Part shown: positions 51,218 to 64,000 of the stretch, in pieces
How positions within the stretch are numbered: the stretch's first letter is position 1
Layout of the letters: the number at the start of each line of letters is the position of its first letter
DNA from: Ascidiella aspersa
Lineage: Eukaryota
Length of the DNA stretch: 64,000 nucleotides
Direction of reading: 5' to 3'
NCBI GenBank assembly: GCA_963924565.1
Contig: OZ004608.1
Coordinates: forward strand, 10,106,001-10,170,000
The notes under the pieces: generated by a model
What the model saw: the letters and a program-made list of their open reading frames with translations, nothing else
Databases searched by the model: none
What the model was told of the DNA's origin: nothing
Made by a program: the position numbers and the translations under genes

Positions 51218-54200
51218 AGAAATCCACCATTTCCATTTGTCGCCATAATTCCCTCGATTCCTTTACCTGTCGCCCTTCCATTGTGCGCCTAATTCGCCGG
51301 CTCGAAATTTTATTGAGAAACGACGAAGAAGCGCCTTTTCACGAGCCACAAAAACAGTTTCAATTGAGGCCGAATCCCGCTCGTATTTGTCCGGCTTAAA
51401 CACGCTCAGCGCCGGGTTAATATTCCACTGACCCGCCCCCGCCCAAGATTAATTTGTTTGCCCTCGTTTTCTAATGGTCGCCGATGCCGCGATATCTTGT
51501 AGGCTGCGTTGTTTTTCGTTTAGGATGCCCTTTCCTGGAATTTAGTGATGTAAAAATGGATGTTGTAGGCAAAATTATAGGGTTGTTTACCAATGGCATT
51601 TTCTGTGGTGGCCAATAATATGCGATTTATACTATTAAGTTTGTTATAAATTGTTCTTTTACTTGATTTACCTGCACCTTAAACTGCAGGAATTTTATTC
51701 TGCCATGACTTAAACACGTTTTACCGAACTGTGTGGGCCACATTTGATGCACACTAAACCTCTTTCAGTAAGTAGGGAAATTAAAAAATTGGTGCTGTGC
51801 AATCCAATGTGTTTTTCCTCAAGGTGTTTTTGGACCGAAATTGTTTGTCAAGCTATAGCCCACTACTTCTGCGACTACAGCATGGAATTAGCAGTTAGTC
51901 TTTGCAAGCGGTGGTCAACAAAGCCATACCAAAAAAAATATGATTGTAAACATTTTGAATTTTCCGTTGACCACATTGACAAATCTTGGCGCACAGGATT
52001 TGTTTATTTCGTGTGGTCAACGACGGTTCTTCAAAGTGCTAATAACATCATCTACATGGAATGCGCATCAGCGTTTTAAGGTTTGGGCGAAGCAGTCTTC
52101 AGGCCGGGCAGGCGGCCGTCTCACGTTTTCAACATCGCCAAAAGGGTCAAACTAACTGGGTCAAACAAATAGCCCCCCCGCAGCAGTTATAAGGGCTCTC
52201 TGGCCGTCGCGACCGCAGAACGCTTCACGATCAGCCCATTACACTGATCCGCGAGTATATTTGCTTTGAATATGCAGCGGCTGGCGAACAGCACTCGAAC
52301 GATTAGGCGACCACTTGCCCGGGTGTTGTAGGTAGGCTTAAGTGACTCGCGTCATGCCGTATGATGCTCGATTTTCCGCACTTTTCGAGTGGCACTCGGG
52401 CTATAGGTTTTTTTTATGACGTGCCAGGCTTTGAATTCCTTTAAATCAGAATTGAGTAACATGTTGGACACTTCCAAAGCATTCGGCTCTTTTGCTGTCG
52501 GTGTAGTATTTCTAGAAAATAATTCAACTTACTCTTGTTTATTGTGTTTTCGTTTTTCCAAAAACTGATTCCCCAAAAGCGAAAAACGTTCTTATATTTT
52601 ATGCCAATATTTTATTCTTATATTCTCTTGTGTTTTTGTTTGTCAAGAAGCTTTTTCCGTCAAGGCTAAAAACGTATTTATATTTTATGCCAAAGCACAA
52701 TATTTGCCGATATTATATAGCTATTACCAGACCACAGACCACCAATTATTTTAACTTAATGTTGTTTTTGCCTAGAAAACAAATGAAATAAGATAAAGTG
52801 GGAGCTGGAATATACAACCACAGTAACCGATTTTTCTACCAGGCAAATGTACAAACGTCCAAAGCAAAACTTCCAAGAACATCCATGAACGCCAATTGTG
52901 CATGGGCCAATTGGGTTAAGGTGCTTGACTATTCGGTACAAAATGCCTGAGGAGGTGAACTTGCTACGTCAGTAAGGGGGAGGACACTTTGCGAAAATAA
53001 ATGACGGTCATTTTGTCGAAATGACAAGCGGCGGTGTTTTCTTTATCGCCGCGATCGCAACGAGATAACGAGCCTTAAAAAAAGAAAAATTTCGTGGCAG
53101 TGTATGAAGTTTTGCGGAGCGAAGATGTGTGGGCATCGGTGGCAAATATCGAAAAAATGGCCTCGGAGTTATTTTTGAAAACTCAAGCCTCGTGAAATTG
53201 TAGTTATGTATTTAAGAGCAAGTTAACCCCAAGCACCCTTCATTCGTCCAAAATCATACTTAACTTTTTTAAGGATCGAAGTACATTCTTAAAATCTGCA
53301 TTTGAGATCGCACCAATCAGCTCCCATAGTGTCTAAACGCCATTTTTCACTTAACCGAGTCTTCAAATTACACAGTGTTCGTTCATTGGTAATCCCCGCA
53401 CAGATAACATTGTTTACCAGTTTAAGTGTATTCCAAAAAGTTCATATATGGGAACATGAATTGCAGTCAAAGTAATCAGCCGCAAATAGTGTACGAATCT
53501 TCATTGCTGTTCTTTAAACGTCTGTAAAACATCTCCGATTCTTGCAACACTTGACGCTTGAAAGCTGTATTCTTTTACAAAGAGGATGAACTAAGGCGCC
53601 GCCGCATTTCAATAACAAGCAGAACCTCGATTTTCGGATCAAAACCAATAGGCCTAATTTTACACTAGGGGCGTTGCCATATAGCAAGGAGCACGTTATA
53701 ATGGCCTGGAACCGAATGCGGTGCCTTCGGCCTTTGCAGCTACGATCTTAAAGTGGAGATTTCTCACTTCGGCCCGCTATCGGGTTTCAGCGATAACCAA
53801 ATTGCTTTGCGGCGAAATTGCGCCAATTGTCGACAGAAAATAGCGGTTTGTTTTCGGCTTTTGACTTGTTGTTGTTCTGTGTGTTTTTTGGGCTATGTAT
53901 CAACTATATACCATCCGCGGAATTTATAAGATGGCGCAGTGGCTGTACCTCGTCATTTTTATAATTTCGGCATTCCTAGGATTCCGGAAAAATTTCAAGC
54001 AAATCTTCTCGACAACTCGCAATTCATTGCCAAACTGAACCCGTAAATTTGGAAAAACGTGATATTTCGCCACTGTCTGAACTTTTGTGTTTAATAAATC
54101 TTGTGTCCAGTTAAAAATAGAATTTGCTCCAGCCGGCAAAATATTAATGTATAGAAATCGCTCTTCTGGTGTCAACGAAACGTCGGGTCATAATTTCGTT

Positions 54201-57200
54201 TACACCAGAAAAGCGATTTTCCATTTATTTATGTGTTCAGTAGTTCAAATATTTGAAAACGTAATATGTTTAAAATGTTTTTACGCGTTATTAATTTGCT
54301 AACACACAACTCTGGCGTATACACACACAATCACACATGTAAAGCAATTTTTTGATGCCTTTTGCCAAACCCTACAATAAACTATTAGCTTAAATTTAAA
54401 CAGTCCCTTGTTAAACCCGCAGACAAATATAAACGTTCCAAAACCGACTCGGTCCAGCCAGCTGTTTGTCCAATCGGGCACGCTGCCCGTTTGTGACGTG
54501 TCAACAAACGAACACAAAGCCCCTTTGATGACGAAACAAACGAACGAGCGGCGGGGGACCGGCTGCCGTCAACGCTTTCGCATCTCGGGCTTATTTATTC
54601 TTAACGCGCGCTACAAGGCGTTCAAGCGGCGCCGACGCTTTGATGACGACGTTTCTCGCCTTTCTGTTTGTCCGGCATTTGTACAGAGCGTTCCAGATTC
54701 GCCGACCATCGGACCCTTGTTGCCAGTTGTCGGCTTTTCGCCTTGTTTGTAAACACGGGGGGGGGGGGAGGGGCGACTGGTGTTTTGATTGCGACGGGTT
54801 TCGGTTGCAACACGCCGCCTTTCCTTTTCGTAATCTTACACCCGAGACGATGTTCAACAAGGGCTAAATGAAACGGTTTTGATTTCGATTATTTTGGGTA
54901 TAGTGTTTAACTTGGGCCCACAATGCACGAATCTGTAATGTTGCTTGACATTAACTGTAGAGGATACAAGTTCGTATCGAAAAGTCCTAATCAAGATGAT
55001 GTCGGTCTACTCGACATTTTTGGCCTTGCAATTCATTATTATCAAGTGTTCATTTGTATTCCAACCCTTGTACAGCTGCTGTCCATATAAACACGCGTAA
55101 CCAATGGAGTTTCTAAATTTGATGAATCAGTAAAAATATACGCTAACTTCCACGAAATGGACAGATTTTTGCAATACATCAATATAATTCTCAACAAATT
55201 TCTAGTATTATTTCCTATATGCCGCAAAATCAAGCCAAACTACCAGCAAGGGACGTTAATTATACCGGTTGTGAAAGGTATATAAAATTATGTTTGGCAA
55301 TAATAGAAAATATTAGAAACACAAAGTGTACACCTATCACTTCTTAATATACAGCGACAAGGCTGCCTTTGACTTTGTGTATTAGGGATGACAGCATTGG
55401 TACGGATTACGAACTTTTGCGCACACTCCCCGTCTAATCGGATCAGAGGTACGACGAACGTACGGCGACAAAACACGATCGAAAAAACGGAAAATCGGGA
55501 TTACAGGCATTAATGTAGGAAGCGGGGTTAGGGAGTGGCTCATGTCGCTTTGAGACTTCAAAAAACGAACGTCACTCGACCGAGTTATTACAAATCGAAC
55601 TTGTAGTTGCCAGCGTGGGCTGTGGGCTGCTATATCCCGCTCTGTCGACGGCTCGCAATTTCAACGGCCTTGAAGGCGTGTCGCCCAAATCCGCAACACG
55701 GCTTTTTGCCGCTGACGCATTGACTCCGGCACGCAGCCAATTTTGGAGGGACTCTATTGTGCGTCGTGCGCTCTGGCGCATTTGCCAACGCTGGTAATTT
55801 CGAGCCAGCCCGAAATCACATTCCGCCGCCTTTTCTGCTTGGAACGCGCGAAGAAAGTCGAACCGAAATGTTTCGTTTCGGCCTTTTCACGTGCTCTGTT
55901 GCGGGTCTGAGGTCTGCTTGCCTTGCTATGGGTTTTAAGGCCGATGGTTAATTACGGATCCTCGACAAGCATACTTTACTATTAGGGGTTGGGTTGTAAT
56001 GTTGCTGCTGAATAGCACTCTACGAAAGTTGCCGCAAAGTTACATTTGCGCAATGTCAGGCTAATTGGCCTAATTATACTGCAGTACTAAACTGAAAGCT
56101 TGTAAATAACGAAACACAGTTGCATATTGACTTTTGTTTTTTTCCTCCCTTATTTTCTTATTGAAAACCAACATTTCCTTCTTTGATTCTTTAAAATAGT
56201 AGTTTTTAGAGACGTGCAATTCGTGCGCTGCACTCTGTTTGGTTCATCGCATTTGCTTCTGTTAATTTCTCTAGAAAAACGCCATTTAACGGATTTAAAC
56301 TAAACATTTTGTGGATTATATTTTTGACCTAAAATTGGCATCCGTAGATAGAAATCCTTCGCTAATTTGTCCCCAAAAGCATTTGTTCGGTGCTTCAGAT
56401 TGCATTGAAAGGAGGTGCATACTTCAGTAAAGGTCACGCATAGACTCCAACAGTTTGCATTTATTTGTATGTAGGATAACTCAACCGCGTTAGAAAACAA
56501 ATTGATACATACTTTCTAGAAAATGTTTTAATTTATACCATGTGTGCCACAGCGATGTTGTTGGACAGAGCTATTTTCCGCGAAAATTGTTTTCTATTGT
56601 AGCCAGATTTGTGTTTTTAAAACGGGGCCGCGGTGCCAGAAATCCTTCGCCATGCCCATTCGACTACCTTCTATATACTATAGTATATGCGACCTTCAAA
56701 TGCGCAGGGCACGTTTTCCAGTGCCGCGTTTTTCTATGAATGGACTTCGTATTTACACAGCAAGCAGCCAGCTCCGTAAAGCCATTGTGTCGAACAGCGT
56801 TTTGTTACAAACCCTCTCAATTTTGTTATTGCTTGCCACCGGGTCTCCGTGTACGGGCAACCTGGATTTCCGATATGGGTTATTTTAATCCGTCAACGAT
56901 ACTTTGGACAAAAAGGCACACCCACCTATTAATGTTACGAACAGCGAAGATGTTTGTCATATAACTTTAAGACGAGTGTCACCGGTTTAAAGTTAGGCCA
57001 TATACGTAATCAATTGTTTAAGTTGTTTTTTTTTGAAGCATATTTCAAGGAAACAAAGTATTTAAAAAATAAATCTTGCCAGGCCCAAACGAAATACCTA
57101 ATTGATTTGGAAAAACAGGTGGCGCCGCTATTATCTTACAGTTTAGATATTTGGTATTTTCTACCTATAGATTTCTAGATTCCCAAAAAATTTCATAGAT

Positions 57201-57789
57201 TTCAAAAGGTCTAGATTCTCAAAAAAGTCATGGCTTTAAGAAATAAAACGGAAATCGCGTATGAAAATTACCATCCGTTGGTTTTAGGTTGGTGTTTCAT
57301 TGTCGTTGTAGTTTATCAAAATCGCTAATAATACCGTCGAAAAGACGATCAATCTAATTAGCTACATTAAGCTGTCAGGCGAAGTGAACTCCCTTTTGTT
57401 TTCCCAAATCGTACATGACGCCGCTGCCACCCCGTATCCCCTTTCTTGATAGTAACAAAAGTATTAATTGTGAGTATAATTTTTCACCCATTGCAGTTTA
57501 ACGTTACAAGACGGCAACAAGCCGAAGCCCCCAAACAACACAACATCTCCGCGGCTTGCCTTGTATTGGGCGGGCATTCCATAGTTCTCGCGTATAGTTT
57601 GCTATGCTTTTTTACAACGCCCAACACAATAGTCGTGTTTTCTTGGACCGCTGTTGCGTTGGTCAGCGCATAAAAGGAAGGATGGCCTTTCGCCAAAGGG
57701 CTAATGTTTCGCTTCTGGCGTGGCTTTTAACGAAGTCAGTTACACGGCGCAACCCTTTGTTGCAGAATCGAAAATTCCTGATTCATAAT

Positions 57790-58668
57790 GGAACTGATGT
57801 TTCGCCGGGCACGTATCGTTGTCTCAAGTGTCGCCAACAGTATCTTCTCATTTGGCAAGGATAAATTGTTTCACCACGTAGCGATACAATTTTCAAGATA
57901 TTTAACATCTTCCCCCTAAAAAACAGTTTCTCTGTGTAGCAAGCAGCAAAGTTTCCGAAGCCTTTACACTAATACGGCGTTTATATACAGTCTCAAGTCG
58001 ACAACAGTATCTCATTTGGCAAGGAGATATAGTTTCGTCACGGGGCGATAAACTTTGCGATATTTAAAATCTTTCCCTAGCAATTCTTCTGTTTAGCAAA
58101 CGGGAAATTTCCCGAAACGAACCCTACGAGGGATAAATACAGAGTTTCAACGTTGTTTAGAAATAGTCCTGATTTCGGTCAATGACTTTTCGAAGGTACC
58201 CGGTATATTGGTATTGGTATGCCGTGATCGTGGGTTAGCATTACTTGAACAGGGTAACAGTAGAGATACCCATAGTCGATAAAGATTCCAAGGCTAATAG
58301 TTGTTAATTTGTATTTTTTAAAGTGGGAACTGATGTTTCCCCGGGCATGTATCGTTGTCTCAAGTGTCGCCAACAGTATCTCATTTGGCAAGAATAGATT
58401 GTTTCACCACGTAGCGATACAATTTTCAAGATATTTAACATCTTCCCCCTATAAAACAGTTTCTCTGTGTAGCAAGCAGCAAAGTTTCCGAAGCCTTTTC
58501 ACCAATGCGGCGTTTATATACGGTCTCAAGTCGCCAACAGTATCTCATTTGGCAAGGAGATATTGTTTCACCATGGAGCGATATAATTTGCGTTTACGCG
58601 TGTTTCATATATTCGACATCTCCCCCTATAGCAATTATTCTGTGTAACAAACAGGAAAGTTCCCGAAA
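57790..58668. repeat. Nested duplication: dimer of about 168 bp units, duplicated at about 536 bp offset; spacer shared with about 61665-61820
   Basis: GTCTCAAGT...CAACAGTATC...CATTTGGCAAG at 57821, 57990, 58357, 58523. Confidence 0.9.
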
Positions 58669-59526
58669 TTATTCTAAGCAACACGACGTTTATATGCGGC
58701 TCTCAATTTGTAATGTATCAGTTAAAAAAACAACCAGGAGAGAAAAAACAAAATTGAAAGCGTTATGGATATTACTGTACAAGTTAACTTTTATTTGAAT
58801 ACTAATCCTTTAATCTCTCAGCGGCCGATATTAAAAACAGCAGTATTCCCCCATGGATAAATTTTTCAATTTGGCGTTGCTAAATCGAACAATAAGCACT
58901 ATGAGCTTGCTATTTCCTTTGCAAAGTAAAATTGGTTCGGCGAAGAGCCTTTCAATACAGCTACGCCTAGTCGTCGGTATAGGACCTTGTAAAGCAGACT
59001 CAGGACATCCCTAGGGAGCCCAATAAAGCTGATTAATTTCGGGTTCGCCGTAAGCGCACAGCCCTACGTTAGGCTGCCCTCAGAATACGCTTAAGACGCG
59101 AAAAGCTGTGCTGAAGATACGAATTCGATCGAACACTTCTTACCAGGGCAACGCGAACTTAGGCCGTTTCTGGAGTCAAAGACAAGCCTTTTTGATCCGT
59201 TCGAACTTTAGGTTTCAATTGAACGTCAAAAAGGGATTTTAATTAATGAATTGATGATGGGCTACAACGTCCTTAACTGACAAATCGCAAAACGATGAAT
59301 TGTCCCCTTAATTAATGAATTTAGCCCCGAATTTATTACATAACGGCAGCACCCGTAAAGCATCAATCCGTCATGAAAACAGTCATTAATAATAGTATCT
59401 GTAGCCTGGTGGGATCTAAGGTGACGTATAAGATGAATAACACGGAGAAAAACAACCAACGCCGTATCTCGTAAGTTCTTCAAATATCTAGCATTCGCGA
59501 ATTAGTCAATTCACATTATATTAGTC

Positions 59527-59775
59527 CAGGGGTGCCCACGCCTATTTAACATCAATAATGGAAACTCGCGCCCTCTCTCCACATAATATAATTTATGACA
59601 TTGTTACCTAAAAAGTTAGATGATCTGCACTATACAGCCAGGTTTGTTTCAGATTTACGAACAAAGAATACAAATAATGAAAACATAGGGCGCTTAAATT
59701 GCAAAAGGTTGTTAGTGGTCTACTCATTCCGCCTCCCTTACTAACACTTTACGCCTCCCAGTTTAAGAACCGCGG
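59527..59775. mobile_element. Degenerate hAT MITE
   Basis: CAGGGGTGCCCA...TAAGAACCGCGG; flanks TATTAGTC/TGTTGGTC (6/8). Confidence 0.55.
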
Positions 59776-62700
59776 TGTTGGTCCAAATCAGCCAATATAA
59801 ACTTAGGTTGATTTTCTCCCCTCCCCCCCGGCGATTAAATGACTGTCTTTTAACGTTCATCCGCATCGCGATTTTTTAACTGCGCTATTATGATTTTAAG
59901 GCCAGGAGGGATCCAAATACGTTAAACCGTAAAACGATCGTTCGTGTATCGATTGGTTTATGCCCCGAACCGACAGGGCCCTTATGCCGGTGTTTGCAGG
60001 GCGATATAAGGACCTCTATATTTAGATGGAACGCAATACAATGGCCCGGTAATTAATCGTTTTTATATCGCGGATCGAAATTGACAGTGGGCTTCATCGA
60101 GCACTTGAACGAATATAGTAACTTATCATTGAAAATAGCTAAAGGTTCTTTCGTTCCACATTTTGTTTTTTTCGTGCCACGCGATGCACTTACATAATAA
60201 AATAGTTGAATTCCCTATTTAGTTTGTAGAAGGTGGATTTTTCGACTAGTGTAATTTTGAGTCTGTCTAACAACGTTTTTTGTGTACGTTGACCCTATAA
60301 GTAAAATTTTGTCTAGCAATTAACCACACGTGCTTTTAAAATCTAATTTTTACAGATTGTTTAATATACAATAAAAAGGTTTATTTTAGACGTTTACACA
60401 ATGAACCTGTTACGTGTCTTTCAATTTTCTTCAAACCATTATAAACCGTAACGCCTTCATTGTGACCGTGTTCTTCCAATTAAGTTCATATAGCAGTAAT
60501 GTTTGTGTTGAATTCAACCAAGCCCTTTACTATGTGTTCCAAATCAAATAAATCAATCCGCATTATTTGCACAGCAGGGCGTTCACCGAATTCAACTAGC
60601 CTTTGGTTTCTCACTTGCGGGAAGCAGACGGAAGCTTACCAATATTTCTACTCAATAAGGTGCAATAGATAAAAAAGCAGCCGACACACACCAACTCCCA
60701 CAGAAGTAACCTAAACATTTTGAATTGCCAAGTTCCAACTTTCAATCCCTTATTTGGCATTTTTTATCCATATAGCCTATTTGGCGTGGGCGTTTTAAAA
60801 ACAGAAGGATATTTCTGCCATTTTCCGGTCCAAGTGAGCTGAACAGAACAGTCGCTTACAATTCGCAATAAAACGCTAAAAACATATCTGAGGATATGCG
60901 GCTGTTTGTCCACTTAAAAGTGAACACAAAAGTGGTTATAAATCTTTCATTGTGCCCGACCGCGGCTCTGTTAGCTTTTATAGCGGAATGGTTACAGAGC
61001 GTTCGCCATACGCCGTCCGTGACGTATGTGTACGTCACAAAAATACGAACGACGTCAGCTTTTTGAGAGAACCGCTTTTTGCGTTAGGGATTGTCATGTC
61101 CCAAGTCTTTTTGTTGCAATTTACCAAAGTGCGATATTTGGTGCGAAAAATTCTCTATCCGATTTGAGCTGAATTAATTCTTATAACAACCGTTATAGAT
61201 TTGTCTGTGTTTGTTTAATAATTATTAGGGACTAATTAATTTCAAGAAAGTTTTCAATACAATCGTATAAAACATCTACAATACTGGAAAAATGCTACAT
61301 TGGATTGCTTGCCATGGCTAACTTGCTTAACAATTTTGCGTATCGGACACCAGGCTATTATCGTAGCGCAAATACAACCACTTGGTATCGGGTATTGGTC
61401 CCAAAACGATATTATCGAACAACCCCTCGTAACCCTCGCGATTTAAGGAGAACATTGAACTTCGAAACTGCAGCTAAACTTGGCCCACAGACGTCGGTTG
61501 CAGCCACTTTTCGATGTATCGATTAAAAACAAGCGCAGGCGAATGTTGTTTGGTTCGATTTGCGTTGTGGCTGTCGGCCGACGTTCTATCGACTTCTGCT
61601 GACGTTTTGACGTGCAGAAGTGGCCAAATTGAACGCTATCGACAAAACTTTGTTTTTAAATGGTGTAGAAATATAGTCCTAATTTTTCGGTTAATGTCTT
61701 TTCGAAGGCACCCGGTATATTGTATATTATAGATATGATTACTTTAACAGGGTTACAGTACTATATACCCATGTCCAATGGAGAACCCGGGCTAATAGTT
61801 GTTAAGTTGTAATTTTTTAATGTTGATGCAAACGAACCACAAAGGTTAAAGAATATCTGAAATATTTTTGTTAAAAGACAGAATACTGCAGTTACGCCAA
61901 AAACGACGTCACTAGTTCTGCTTTAATCCCATCGGGCTACAGATATTAGTAAATAAAGCTTTGAGCTGTAACTTATGACATGGATATAAGTTATGTCAAC
62001 AACTGGCAGTGTTGGAACAAGCTCAGATCCGAATATAACCAATAAAATAATACCTTTACTATTTTTTTCACATTTTTGTAATGTTGTTTTAAAAGTTAAC
62101 AAGGGTCAAAGTGAAGTAAGTGTAATTATGGATGCTGAGTCACTTTTAGATAATTTGCCTTCATTTTCGCAATACTTCAAACACGTTGCCGCTTTTCCGT
62201 TATTTGATTGGTGATTCATTTCTAAGGTGACCTGACCGATCAAATTAAACAATGAAACTCGTGATTTGCCGTGCTGTTCACACACGGGACTTTTTTATTT
62301 CGAAGTTAAACATTGGCGTTCTCGTATTAGTCGAGTAAATAAATCACTGGTAATTGTGTCGCATTTTTATTTGTTCAAGATTGCGAAAGCAGCTCTAGGT
62401 TGTAGTAAGAAAATTAAGGCTTTTAACGTGATTTTATTCTATGTAATACCTATGTTTATGTTCTCAGTTGGCAATCGGAACCTGCTGGTTGACTAACGTA
62501 TAGTATGTACCCCGCAAAACAGGTCAATTTTAAATGACATAAGTCCCAGTCAAATTATTTAATAAATACCTTTAATCCAACTCCAGGTCGAGTCTTTTAC
62601 TAAAAATAAAGTCAAGTCCCAAGTCATGGTATAAGCAACCGTTTGGTTTGTGGGCAATGGGCATCCTTGCTCGTTTATCAGAACTCTAAGGAATACAATA

Positions 62701-63041
62701 TTGACTTGTACATGCAAATAATAATATGTGTAGCAAACACATAGATCGGCCGAAAGAATTTCTTTGTTGTGATTGAAAGGTCAAAAGCACCAATGGGTGT
62801 GTCGCCCGCCAGTGGAACCGCACGTCTTATTCCCATTATTGACCCAGCCGCGTTTGACATAAAGCCACTTTTTTCGTGTTTAGATGCGCTCGACCGCCCT
62901 CCACCGACCGCACTTGACCCGCGGCGAAACCACACGCGAAAGTTTTTGTGTTCGCTTGAAACTAATTGCTTAAGCCAGAGAGCCTGTGGCTTGTATGGGG
63001 ACGTAATGAACCGCAACATAAACATAGACACCCAGAAGCAT

Positions 63042-63125
63042 TAGCTCATTGCGTCATTTAGTTCGGCACGACACACGAGCAGTAAAAGCTTGGAGGTGCG
63101 CGTTCGAATCCCGGTCTTGCTGGTA
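63042..63125 (+). mobile_element. tRNA-derived SINE head / Pol III relic
   Basis: A-box-like TAGCTCATTGCG (63042) and B box GTTCGAATCCC (63102-63112); no cloverleaf. Confidence 0.4.
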
Positions 63126-63953
63126 GACAAAGGGCGAAGGCAATGGTCAAGTCGGAAGTGATTGTTTTACAGAGTTGGCAAGTGATTTGAAATTGTTTCA
63201 ATAAGGTGGAAAATTACATGCTGGAAAACGTAAATGCGTGATGAAAAGTATAAGTCTCTCGCATTCTGACGTAAGCTATATAGCTCAAACAAATTTACCT
63301 TTAGTTCTGGCAAACATTTAACACCAATCGCGAATACTTCGAGTCATTTATGACTAAATTAAACGGAAAAGGTAACGGAGTGCATTCCTGGTTTGAGTCC
63401 GGCTTTTTCAGTTTCACAAACTTTCGTTTTTGCGTAACGCCAAAATCGGCTAGATATGATCCCATTTTGCTTGGCGGCTTGTTTTAATTTTACATATTCG
63501 TTTCCATCACATCACTTCGAATATACGCAAACCAATTTTAACCCCGATCGCAAATTCACCTTCGCCAGCGCGAATCGGCCCCCAACACGCTCTTTACATC
63601 CGAAAGTGGAAGTCGCGAAACTCAGGCGACCCGTGACCAGGCAAAACAGCCCGCTGTAAAACTAGCAGCAGTCAAACTCCACCACAAAGTGTCCTTTTTC
63701 GTCGTGGAACCGTGTTTTTCCTGTTTCTGGGCGTAGTAGCGGGCCCTCCCCCCCAGGCCACCCGACACCGCAAATGATTTTCTTCAAAGCGCCCGATTTG
63801 CCGTTTTTCGATCGCCTCCCCTTTTTTCCCAACTCGGGTTTCCTCCTCTCGCATTTCTCCGATTGTGATCCGCCGCCAGTGTGACGTCACAGACGCGATG
63901 TGTCGTCTTGTTTTGGTTTGAAAGCTGAACAGGTGGAGGTTTTGTTTTTGTAG

Positions 63954-64000
63954 CTTCTTGGTGTCTCGTCGGTGTGCTTAAAGGTCCCAGGGCCAGACCA
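63954..64000 (+). CDS. Probable next exon of the secreted-protein gene (LLGVSSVCLKVPGPD..., Wnt7-like), truncated by window end
   Basis: Acceptor ttttgtttttgtag|; phase 0 matches the 45678 donor; resembles Wnt7 LGASIICNKIPG. Confidence 0.45.

Noticed and set aside
63040-63125. tRNA gene
   Set aside because: B box present but no acceptor/anticodon stems can be formed; kept only as a SINE-like relic

Overview
Eukaryotic (animal) genomic DNA, AT-rich and intron-rich. It is probably an invertebrate chordate such as a tunicate; that is an inference only. Three protein genes are supported. (1) Vezatin (VEZT) on the - strand: 12 coding exons, 8321 down to 680, with the 3' end running off the window. 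(2) A complete 5-aminolevulinate synthase (ALAS) on the + strand, head-to-head with VEZT: one non-coding exon plus 12 coding exons, 10538-25812, 623 aa. It has a canonical cap-proximal iron-responsive element (8977-9013), three CP heme-regulatory motifs and a C-terminal CXXC. (3) The 5' part of a secreted-protein gene: TATA 43617, signal-peptide exon 45358-45678, and a probable next exon at 63954 with a Wnt7-like segment, set in about 35 kb of enhancer-like non-coding DNA. Non-coding DNA carries several hAT- and Merlin-type MITEs, a Charlie/Buster transposase relic, a 70-bp minisatellite and several unrelated 165-200 bp tandem duplications. Main leads: an ALAS1-like protein under an ALAS2-type IRE that sits on its own exon, symmetric CpG-depleted zones just downstream of both divergent promoters, and recurrent nucleosome-length duplications.
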